Positions 51,137 through 61,337 of a DNA stretch of 64,000 bases are shown here, piece by piece. The translations under genes and the position numbers were made by a program. This DNA is from Batkoa obscura (taxonomy: Eukaryota): assembly GCA_030770535.1 (NCBI GenBank), contig JASVEC010000014.1:1-64000 (forward strand). The letters run 5' to 3'. The notes below the pieces were generated by a model. That model saw only the letters and a list, made by a program, of their open reading frames with translations, had not been told where the DNA came from and did not search any database. Position 1 is the first letter of the stretch. Each line of letters opens with the position of its first letter.

Positions 51137-51952
51137 CTAGGCTTCAGGAGTATATTTGGGTCACTCTTGGCATATCTAAATTCTCCAACAACCTGAACAA
51201 TTTGAGGTAACTTCAAGATACAATCAAAACAATTAGTAAGATTGATCAATTGATTATGATCTTCTTTGATACAAAGCTTACTATATATAGTTCCAGTAAC
51301 TAAAACATAAACATGTCAGTTATTAAGTTGATTTCCAACTAAACATTGTTTTCCATTTAGTTGGTTATCAAAGTAATCTAAGGCTCTATTAATACGGCTA
51401 TATGCTCCTTTTCGTTTCTTTGTATCATATTGAGTAAAACCTAATATTAGAAAAAACGAACCAATATAGGAGTGCTTTTTTTTTACTTCATTATTTTTTC
51501 CATTTTTTAAGTACTATTTAAAGCGGAAAATTTGTTAGTAAAATTCTTAAACACAAAAATACATCCTCAAATAGTAAGATCATTTGAGTTGAAACATAGA
51601 AAGGATATTGGAGTATATTGGCATACTTATTTTTATTAGCACTTAATAAAGTGTTATTTCTTTCTTAAGAAGCAATATAGAAACCAATATCATTAGATTT
51701 AGTTAATAAAAGACTATCTTTTGATTCAAAGGCAGGTGTTTGACCTAGAGGAAACTAAAATATTCTTCAGACTTGTTACTAACACCAAATTTAAAGTTAA
51801 AATCATAATCAATTTCAACATCACTGAGTTTAGAAGTACTTAATAGCTTATTTATTCTACTACTATCTGCGGGGCCATATAAGCGGTATATAATAATAAT
51901 AAATTACTGACTAATAAAAATATTCTAATAAACTCATTCCAATAGAAACTAT
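51137..51952 (-). pseudogene. GST pseudogene (A type) disrupted by a MITE
   Basis: RLYGPADSSRINK and GAYSRINRAL match GST-A at 28958. ATG changed to ATA, splice donor mutated, deletions, and a MITE at 51464-51572. Confidence 0.88.
51464..51572 (-). mobile_element. ~100-bp MITE inserted in the GST pseudogene
   Basis: Full-length copy interrupting GST homology. Confidence 0.9.
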
Positions 51953-52001
51953 TTCAACTATCACTTTTTTAAAAATATATTTGTCAAAACTTATTTTATC
52001 T

Positions 52002-52107
52002 ATATGGGGATGTTTTTTTTTGGTTTCGTTACTTTTTCCATCTTTTAGGTACTATCTAAAGGGAAAAATTGTTGGTAAAATTCTTAAACACAATACATCC
52101 TTATATA
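52002..52107 (-). mobile_element. ~100-bp MITE
   Basis: ATAT-GGGGATG...TACATCCTT-ATAT. Confidence 0.88.
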
Positions 52108-52119
52108 TTTTATTATATG

Positions 52120-52221
52120 ATTTGGAGGTTTTTTTTTGGCTTCATTTTTTTCCACCTTCCAAGTGCTATTTAAGCAGAAAAATTATTAATAAAACTCTTA
52201 AGCAAAAATATATCCCTATTT
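52120..52221 (-). mobile_element. ~100-bp MITE with ATTT/ATTT target duplication
   Basis: ATTT-GGAGG...ATATCCCT-ATTT. Confidence 0.85.
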
Positions 52222-52387
52222 ATTTCTTTTCGATAGTAATTAAAGATGAGGTTTAATTGAATTTTATTAGCTTAGTATTTATAACCCTTGCATGTGTTAG
52301 ACTTATTTATATATTTATGATATTTTATATATGATAAGTAGCTGCTCTTAATACTAAGTTACATAATATACATATATTGTTTACAAT

Positions 52388-52492
52388 ATATGGAGATGTA
52401 TTTTTGTATTTAAGAATTTTACCTATAAATTTTCCGCTCAAATAGTGCTTAAAAAATGGAAAAAGTAGCGGAGCCAAAAAACATCTCCATAT
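52388..52492 (+). mobile_element. ~100-bp MITE
   Basis: ATAT-GGAGATGT...ACATCTCC-ATAT. Confidence 0.9.
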
Positions 52493-52761
52493 ATTGACTG
52501 AAATATTGTTTATTAAAATTGTTTATTAAGCTAATTTGTATTATGCTAAACATTGACTAAAGTATAAAGCTTATAACACGACGCAATACTAGCATTATAG
52601 CTTTTATTTGTATTGGTGTTTATAGTATATCTCTTATAAATAACACAGTTCATTTAATGGAGAATTGTCTTATAAGTTTTTTGAGATTTCAAGTATTTCA
52701 AACAAAATATTATTTTATATTTTAAATTGACGACTATTATTTAACTTTATAAATATAATAA

Positions 52762-52865
52762 ATATGGGGATGTATTTTTGTGTTTAAGAATTTGATAGCA
52801 ATTTTTCCACTCAAATAGCGCTTGGAAGGTGGAAAAAGTAATGAAGCCAAGAATATCCCCCATAT
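52762..52865 (+). mobile_element. ~100-bp MITE
   Basis: ATAT-GGGGATGT...ATATCCCCC-ATAT. Confidence 0.9.
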
Positions 52866-53571
52866 AATAAATAATTCAGATACTCAAACCAAAAAATTAA
52901 CACTTTTTTAGTTTTAAAGTTATTAGACTAAATATATGCTTATTGCAACTAACTTTTACCTCTTATTGTTTATTTTGTCAAGAGTTTATTGAACTTATAA
53001 TTATTAACGATTTAAAGTATTCAGTAACGGACATTTTTAAGGAAATTAATTTATAAAATACATTTTTTATTTTATATACTTTTAATATAGTTAAGCTTAT
53101 ATTATTAATCATTTATTATCAATGAAAAAGTAAACTAGTTTATTTATTTTAAAAAGAAAACATACTATTTATAAAAAAAGGGGGAATATTTATAATGAAT
53201 CTAGTCGCTATAATTAAATAATTGAAATTAAAATATTTAACTTTAACCAATGATAATTGACCATTTTTAACAATATGATCATTTTATAAGTGTGGCGGAT
53301 ATTTTTAGATTCTATTTTTAACGAATATTTACTCTTGAAACGTGAAAGTAATAAAAAACCATTAAGAAGTAAAATTTTATGCAAAGAATTCAACTTTATT
53401 TTTAACCACCAAAAGGGGTCAAATTCAATATAATAATAATAAAATAAATAGATTTATTAAATAAAATAAAATCATTGGCTTAAATAAAGATATTCATGTA
53501 TTTAAATCAAATATATTATAATTTCACTTCTTTTATTTTTTAATATTTTAATTTTTTTTGACTTTTAAATA

Positions 53572-54864
53572 ATGTTTGTACATCAACAATTGTATATATT
53601 ATTATTATTGTTATTATTATTTGTAAATACAGTTCATTCGAATAAAGGGTATATTAATTCAATATATTACCTCGGTTCAGGTATGCCAAATGTATATGAT
53701 TTTTCAAAATTGGATTTGAATAAAGTAACTCATATTAAATATGCATTTGCTAATATCACTGGAAATAAAGCTACATTAAATTACGATTCTAAATTACAAG
53801 GGGATAAAACAGTATTAGTTGGACATTTAGGAACATTGATTAAAATTAAACAACAATATCGTAATATTAAAGTAGGTATATCAATATTAGGTGATTTTGG
53901 TTCTATGGTATCGAGTGAAAATGGAAGAAATGAGTTTGTTAATTCAGTAATTGATTTAATACAACAATATGGATTTGATTTTATTGATTTAGACTGGGAG
54001 TTTCCAGTAAGAGGTTTTCCACAAATGGGAGTTAAAGGGAATCCAGATGATGCTGACTATATGTTACAATTATTAAAGCAATTTAGTCAACAATTCCAAT
54101 CTCAATTAAAATTCAACTGTTTTATTACGATTGCATTACCTTCACCTGAATATTATTTATCTCAATATGATATCAATAGTATTGATCCCTATATTGAATA
54201 TTACAATGCAATGACTTATGATTTTTCGGGTACATTTAGTGCTACTGCTAATTTTGCTTCGAATTTATATACTAATGGAACTGGTTTAGCTGTAGATGAA
54301 AGTATTAAAAGAATGATTAAAGCTGGTATTCCAAGTGATAAGTTGTTAATGGGAATACCTGCTTATGCTACTACATTTCGTGATTGTAAAGAGAATAAAT
54401 TTCCCACAACTTATAATAAAGATTCAACACTTAAAATAGGGGAAAATGGATATATCCCGATTAATAAAGTAGATTGGTCTAAAGTAGATCAACAATGGAA
54501 TGATGAATTAAAAGCTAATTATGGCTATTTTAAAGATTATAATATGTTATTATCATATGATTCAATAAAATCAGTTACTGAGAAAGTGAATTACATTAAA
54601 GATAACAAACTAAAAGGTGTAATGGTATGGGCATTACATCAAGATTTTCCTGTGAGTGATCAAAGATCCTTAGTTAGTAATTCCGTCAATTTGTTAGGTC
54701 AAGATAATTTAGAAAATTCTCAAAATAATATAAATTATCCAAATTCGAAATTTGAGAATGTAAAAGATAGTAACTTTAAAGTGACTGTTACTTCTAACTC
54801 GTTGATTTTGTTTAGTTCAAACTTATTTACATATATATTTCTAGTAGTACTTATATTTAATTAA
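53572..54864 (+). CDS. GH18 chitinase, secreted, possibly GPI-anchored
   Basis: Signal peptide; THIKYAFA, catalytic FDFIDLDWEFP, MTYDF and GVMVWALHQD; hydrophobic C-terminus; intronless. Confidence 0.92.
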   Translation: MFVHQQLYILLLLLLLFVNTVHSNKGYINSIYYLGSGMPNVYDFSKLDLNKVTHIKYAFANITGNKATLNYDSKLQGDKTVLVGHLGTLIKIKQQYRNIKVGISILGDFGSMVSSENGRNEFVNSVIDLIQQYGFDFIDLDWEFPVRGFPQMGVKGNPDDADYMLQLLKQFSQQFQSQLKFNCFITIALPSPEYYLSQYDINSIDPYIEYYNAMTYDFSGTFSATANFASNLYTNGTGLAVDESIKRMIKAGIPSDKLLMGIPAYATTFRDCKENKFPTTYNKDSTLKIGENGYIPINKVDWSKVDQQWNDELKANYGYFKDYNMLLSYDSIKSVTEKVNYIKDNKLKGVMVWALHQDFPVSDQRSLVSNSVNLLGQDNLENSQNNINYPNSKFENVKDSNFKVTVTSNSLILFSSNLFTYIFLVVLIFN

Positions 54865-55165
54865 TAAATATGTTTTGAACTATTTTTATATTTTATAAAC
54901 TTTATCACATTTCAACTTTATCAAATTGTATTTAGTTTAAGAATAAATATCCCCATTTTATCCCTGCATAATAAAGTGTCAAACTTCAGAATAATTTTAA
55001 TAGGTTTTCTGATATCAGATTCATCGAATGTACTTCAAATAGATAAGATAATAAAACAATAAAAAATATTATTTATATTTAATTTATATTTATTTATTCA
55101 TATTTAGTTTATTTATATTTAGTTTGTTTATATTTGATTAATGTTAATTAGTTTAAGTTATTATG

Positions 55166-55272
55166 ATATGGGGATGTATTTCTGTATTTAAGAATTTTAC
55201 TAACAAATTTTCCACTTAAATAGTGCTTAAAAAATGGAAAAAATAATGAAGTCAAAAAAAACACTCCCATAT
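55166..55272 (+). mobile_element. ~100-bp MITE
   Basis: ATAT-GGGGATGT...ACACTCCC-ATAT. Confidence 0.9.
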
Positions 55273-55519
55273 AATGATTTTTTATACTAAATGTCTTTAA
55301 ACTCACTCACATTTGAATAAAGAATTATTTATTTTTTACAATATAAAATATTTGTTAATACTATAAACAATAAACTAATAATTCTGATTAGTTATAATTA
55401 AATATCATTTTCAATTACTAATCAAAAGCCGGTTTATTTCAAAAATAAACAAGCGAAGTTGACATTTATATCAAAAATATTAAATAAAATAAAATTGCTC
55501 CAATAAAATCATGTACAAA

Positions 55520-55620
55520 TATTTGTAGGTGTTTTTTTTGGCCTCATTATTTTCATTTTTTAAGCGCTATTTAAGTGGAAAGATTGTTAGTACAATTCTT
55601 AAAAATGTATCATCACATGT
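55520..55620 (-). mobile_element. ~100-bp MITE (diverged) at the duplication breakpoint
   Basis: Core TTAAGCGCTATTTAAGTGGAAAGATTGTTAGT. Confidence 0.75.
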
Positions 55621-55763
55621 AATTTACTATTATAGTTACCAAACCAATTAAATCAAAATAATAGTAATATTAAATGTCATCTTTATTTTCAAATAAATTA
55701 ATTGAAAAAGTATATAAGCAATAATAAAGCTTCTAAGAAATTAAAAATAAATATTAAATTAAG

Positions 55764-56482
55764 ATGGGTTCAATTGGAGTAAGTTTGTATATAACAATAA
55801 TTCACTCATTTTATATTTTATTTTATAGCGTTTATATAGTATACCAAACTATGAAAAAGCAAATAAAACTCTAATTTCTGCCAAATTAAGTGGTGTTGAA
55901 ATTGATTATGACCCTAATTTTCAATTTGGTGTTGATAACAAAAAGCCAGAATACCTTGCTAAGTTTCCATTAGGTCAAGCCCCTGCCTTTGAATCTAAAG
56001 ATGGTCTTTTATTAACTGAATCTGATGCTATTGCCTTCTATGTTGCTTCCCAAAAAGAAAATAATACTTTATTAGGTGCTAATAAAGATGAATATGCTAA
56101 GATTCTCCAATATTCTTTCTACGCAACAACCCAGATGAATCCCCATATCTATGCTTTGTATTTACCAATAATGTATAATACAGAATACAACAAAAAAGTA
56201 GAAGAGACCTCATATGCTCATGTTGATAAGGCATTAACTTATCTTGATAATGAGCTAAAAGGGAAAGAGTATTTAGTTGGGAACCAACTTACTTTAGCAG
56301 ATGTGTTTATATTTTGCATAACTGAGTGCCTTTATCGAATGCTTTATGCTAAAGAACATCGTGATAAATATCCTAATTTTTCTAATTACTTTGATCGTAT
56401 TGCCAAATTACCTCAAGTTATTGATGTTATTGGAGAATTTAAGTATGCTCAAAAGCGTGCTGAACATACTCCTAAAGAGTAA
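55764..56482 (+). CDS. Glutathione S-transferase, EF1B-gamma N-terminal class (GST-B2; inverted near-copy of B1)
   Basis: MGSIG plus intron, then RLYSIPNYEKANK; near-identical to the reverse complement of 50107-50825. Confidence 0.9.
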
Positions 56483-56528
56483 TAAACTATCGATGGGAAC
56501 TTAAAATAATGCTCTATTATTATAACTG

Positions 56529-57854
56529 TTATTGATCTTTGATATCTGTATCGAATAGTAACAAGTTAGGACATATCTTTAACAAAGTTGATAAATAATT
56601 AGAGTGATGTTTACATTTAAAAATATAAAGATAATTTATAGTAATAATATGATTGCTTAAATTCAATAATTGATTTTTATTGAAGCAGCAATCTATTAAA
56701 CATAGTTTGTATAATGAAGTTAGTTTGAATAATAAATTAAAAAAAGAGATATCAATTGAACAATATTTTAATGTTAAATACCTAATACTATTTGAGTTGA
56801 AATTAATGGTTGGAAAAAGTGGAATTGATGTGTCAGTACTGTTAATACTCATTGATATATCATTACTATTTATCGATTCCAATATTAAGTGCTTTAAATT
56901 TTTTAATTGAAATAAAGGAATAATTTCGTTACTGATCACCTTTTTACTAAGTCGAATTTTATAGGCATTGTTTAAGTTCAACAATCCCAATGTTTGAATA
57001 TTGTTATTGTTAATAGCCCCATCAAATGATGTGGCATAAGAGACGCTTAAGGACATGTTAGTCAATTTTTGAAAATGATTTTGGATAATAAATGATATTC
57101 CACGTGTAAGTAAAGCAAACTTAGCCAAACTATTGAAATTATTACCATCTAAAATTAATCTATTATCTTCTCCTAAATTAGTTATTTTGAAAATGAATGA
57201 TAAATACTCTAAATTAACATGTTTGAAGTTCAAAAATTGCTGCAGAATACCTAAATCAATAATACCAGTCAAACTTATTTTCCTTAGCTTTGTAAACTCA
57301 TTAAATAATAATAAATTATTAATGCTTAAATCTAACATGACATTACTATAATATATATTTTTTACTCCCTTCTTAATCTGTTCAACTACTTTCAATTGGT
57401 TTTTTTTTACCTTATTGTGAGCAACTAATTCGCTTTGAAATATCAATGTACTCAGATTATAATGCGAAACTAATTGCGGAAAATCTTGATCAAATATAAG
57501 TTCCACATAGCAAGTAGATATTACTATTGTGTTATTAAGTAAAAGTAAATTATTTAAATAACTCAAATCATCGCCATTTATTTTTTTTGGTAACACTATA
57601 TTTTTAATAACTTTATAGTGCTTCAAATAGCTTTGCTTTTTTAAATTGGATAAGTTGTCCATTATTAATGTTGAATAAAAATGTTTTGTTGTTACTTCAT
57701 AAAAGAATTGATTGCCCGTTATTAATTCTAATTTATCCTTTGTATCAAGCTCCTTTATTATTAGATGCAACAACTCATTTGGAAGGTAAGTTATTTTATA
57801 TTCATCCTTTAATTTATCTTCTTTACCTATTAATAAATTTAATAATTCAAACAT
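56529..57854 (-). CDS. F-box/LRR-like protein
   Basis: ITYLPNELLHLIIKEL F-box-like motif with degenerate LRRs; intronless 441 aa. Confidence 0.65.
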   Translation of the reverse strand: MFELLNLLIGKEDKLKDEYKITYLPNELLHLIIKELDTKDKLELITGNQFFYEVTTKHFYSTLIMDNLSNLKKQSYLKHYKVIKNIVLPKKINGDDLSYLNNLLLLNNTIVISTCYVELIFDQDFPQLVSHYNLSTLIFQSELVAHNKVKKNQLKVVEQIKKGVKNIYYSNVMLDLSINNLLLFNEFTKLRKISLTGIIDLGILQQFLNFKHVNLEYLSFIFKITNLGEDNRLILDGNNFNSLAKFALLTRGISFIIQNHFQKLTNMSLSVSYATSFDGAINNNNIQTLGLLNLNNAYKIRLSKKVISNEIIPLFQLKNLKHLILESINSNDISMSINSTDTSIPLFPTINFNSNSIRYLTLKYCSIDISFFNLLFKLTSLYKLCLIDCCFNKNQLLNLSNHIITINYLYIFKCKHHSNYLSTLLKICPNLLLFDTDIKDQ

Positions 57855-58082
57855 TGAAATTTCTTTTTTATATTTTCGCGTAGTTTATGGTACTCCATAA
57901 AGGAACTTAATTTTATTGGTTCCTTATAAATACGATGAAAGCAAATAAGCAGTAAAACCAAAGTATAGTTTGAAATACGATCAAAAATACTGAAAGTAAT
58001 ATTATAAAAGACAATAAAAGCGCTTATTTATAAATCATTTATACATCAAGCATAGTGTAATATATTATGCTTTAAACTTTAA

Positions 58083-59994
58083 TCAAAATAAAAACACAAC
58101 AAACATAATCCAGCCAATAATTAAAAGGATAGAATGTAATATGATTGGGAGATAGTTATGCCATTTTAGCCTCATTTCACTTAAAGATCCTAATAATGGA
58201 TGGTAACTTCTTCTTTTACAATTGTTATCATTATCTTGTCTTTCATTATTTAATATATCGTCTAGGTGTAGCCTATCCTGAGTGCCAATAGAAACATAAC
58301 TATTCCAATAATATTTATCAATTAAATGAAACATAACTGAGCCAAGTAATGCAATTCCTCCAACAATACACATAAATAATATAGTCGCATCATAAGCGTG
58401 TTTATCCTGTTTAGTGCCATCTTGTAGAATACCAGTGATAATATCTTGAATTACGCTACCTAAAGACCATGTTGTTTTATATAAACCAAACCCAGTGCCG
58501 ACAGAAGTAGAAGGCAATATTAATGGAATGGAACTTATGCAAGGTAAAATCCCAGATGCAAGGGATATTGAAAACACAATCATTCCTTTTAATGCGCCAA
58601 CTTCAGTGAATCCAAGTAATATGAGTGATGATATATACATCAAAGTTGAAAATATTACTAATTGAAATTGATTATTAACTATTAAGTATTAACTACTAAA
58701 TCAACTTACACAATTTTGGTCTATCACCACGTTTATCAATCCAGTAACCTAAAATAGGAGGTGCAAAAATGGGTAAAACTTGTGAAACTGACGCTTTCCA
58801 TGCTGCTAATTCTTCTGTGTCGCCATGTCTTAGTTTAACAAGTTCACTTTATAAAAAGTTAGATTTATAATAATATGCTATAATGATAATTACGTATTCA
58901 AGTGTAAGAAAGTATTCCATCCTCCGATCATTGTATAAGCAATGATCATTAAAACCCAAAATTGCTTTGGGAATGTAAACAAATGACTTAATCGGAACTC
59001 TTTTTTGACTTTGATATTTTCTAGCTCCTCTGAAGATAAGTGGCTTTTAACTTTAATAGTCATAAAGACGTACATTAGGTTTGACAACCAAGATAATAAG
59101 CATATAAAAGTGGCAAACTCAATTTGAAGTAAATATTAATAGTTTTACTATAGTATGTATAAATTACCCAAAACGCATTTCCATAAAATTTTGTATAATT
59201 GGCAATAGGCACTATAGTTGCCATTCCTAAGAATGAAGCTAATCTGGAAACAGCCAAGTTAATACCCAGAGTAGTTCCAAGGGCTTTTCCGCTAAACCAT
59301 TGTGCAATGATAGTTTCTTGAACAATAACAACTGTACCAGATCCTATTCTATTTATAGATATAACAATATTGTATTATGTAATAATAAATAGTTTACCCA
59401 TATAAACCTCTACCAAGTACCATCATAGGGAAAGATTTTAAATTAGTTGAGAGTGCAACTAATATGTTTCCAACTAATATAAATGAGGTTGCAGTAATTG
59501 AGCCACTAGTTGTTCCAAAATAATCAACAAAAAAACCTCCAAGTAAAGGCAAAATGGTATTTATTAAAGCGACACTTGATTGAACTATACCGTATTGAGT
59601 GTTTGATATCCCCATTTCCTATCATTACTGGTTAAAGAAAAAATGGAAAAATAATTGAATTTTACTTTTTTTATAGTATTCTTTAAAGAACCTAATGCTA
59701 AAGCAACGTAATGACTTCCAACTTAATAAAGTATTAAAAATGAATTTAATTTGACTAAAAGTATTTACATGATAACAACATAATACTTATCAATGCAATT
59801 ACTTGACATCTTGTTTTAGTAAAAAAGGTATCTTCCCTTATTTTTGGTTTATTAGATATATTGCATTCTGTGCCTAAATACTCAATTAATTTTATTCTTT
59901 ATACAAAAATAGGTTTACTTGAAGATGATTCTACTCTTTCATCATATTTTGAGTTTGATTGACTTAATAGTGGAGTTTTATCATTGGCATCCAT
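58083..59994 (-). CDS. MFS transporter, MFSD1-like (vacuolar), multi-exon
   Basis: N-terminal DKTPLL dileucine-type motif; QYGIVQS, PLLGGFFVDYFG, LGRGLYG, QETIIAQWFSGK and GYWIDKRG. Confidence 0.85.
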
Positions 59995-60103
59995 TTTAAT
60001 AAATAAAGCTATTGATATCTAAAAGATAATAAATAATAAGAAAAACGTTTAATATTATTTTGATTTTAATTTTTCTTAAAAGTTTGATTAAAATAAATAA
60101 ACT

Positions 60104-60133
60104 TTATCTGATAGGTTTATCGAAATCAGATAA
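60104..60133. promoter_or_regulatory. Pair of ATCAGATAA extended GATA motifs upstream of the MFS gene
   Basis: TTATCTGAT (60104-60112) and ATCAGATAA (60125-60133), 110-140 bp before the ATG. Confidence 0.4.
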
Positions 60134-60411
60134 TAAATATTTAATTACAAAACTCATTTCCTATCACATAATTCTACTCCTTATATCTAGCAAACAAGTT
60201 ATTCCTTTACTTTAAGGTTTGGTAAAAAGTCGAACTAATTATCAAATAGGTAGCAAGAAGTATAGTTTAATATATATACTTTTGCTGAAATCATCGGAAT
60301 ATTATTCAGTATCTTCATGCTTATTTCAGAATGATTCACTTGGGCAATATTTAAAAAAAATTCATTTACAAACAAAAAGAATTGTATAATTGCATTGAAT
60401 AGTTTGTCATC

Positions 60412-60516
60412 ATTTGGGGATGTATTTTTTGTTTAAGAATTTTACTAACAATGTTCTGCTCAAATAGCGCTTAAAAGGTGGAAAAAGTAATGGAACCAAA
60501 AAAATCATCCCCATTT
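60412..60516 (+). mobile_element. ~100-bp MITE with ATTT/ATTT target duplication
   Basis: ATTT-GGGGATGT...CATCCCC-ATTT. Confidence 0.9.
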
Positions 60517-60892
60517 TTATTTTTTTGATAGAAATTTGGTGACAAATTACTCTACAAGTCTATCCAAGTAGTTAAATAGGAACTATTGCCTTTTCACAAT
60601 ATTTTAATGTTTTTTAAAATGGGGCTTGTCTATATCACCAGTGTCGATAATGTAGATTGTCATAAACTTACAGTAAATAACTTCAATCTCTTTAAAAAAT
60701 AAACGTTATGATAATTATATTGAAAAATTAACTTTACTTTCTGTTAGCTATCAACAATGACATAAACAGCGTTAAACTTTTATTCGTATTTAACTTTTTA
60801 TAATAAGTTGAAATCATGAAATGTAACTTTTCTTTCAAATATACTTTAAGTGAAAAAAATAAATCTAGGACATTTTACTTATTGAAAATAAT

Positions 60893-60945
60893 ATATGAGG
60901 ATGTTTTTTAGTTTCATTTTATCCAATTTTTAAATATTTTTATAT
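60893..60945 (-). mobile_element. MITE fragment
   Basis: ATATGAGGATGTTTTTTAGTTTCATTTTATCCAATTTTTAA. Confidence 0.5.
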
Positions 60946-61337
60946 TTAAACTTTGCTTAAAATCCTGTAAAAACAACTTTTTTATTAAAAAGCAAAGATA
61001 CCCAATACAGTTTTTTAAATTGTTCTATTATAGTTTGTATTGTAAGTTGGGAAAATTTCTACTAGATCTAATAAAATCCCGCAATTAACAAGGCTTTTGC
61101 TAATATATTATATATATTAACATTAATCAAAGTTGTAGTATGTAAATAGATACATATTCTTATAAAGCTTTATTGAGAAATATTTATCATTAACTGCTCT
61201 ATAACCAACATTGCAGATTTGCTATCAAATAAATAAACTATTTTGATGTTGTAATTACATTATTAATATATTACTAAGTTAACAAATAGCTACATGGGAG
61301 GGTGTGGTTAGGCGCAAAACTATAATTAACTATTCCT

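Noticed and set aside
51981..52256. 91-aa ORF with an internal repeat
   Set aside because: Spans two tandem MITEs; the repeat is the MITE itself.
52002..52865. Clustered repeats resembling a CRISPR array
   Set aside because: Eukaryotic DNA; repeats are ~100 bp, irregularly spaced, in both orientations and carry TIRs/TSDs; no cas genes.
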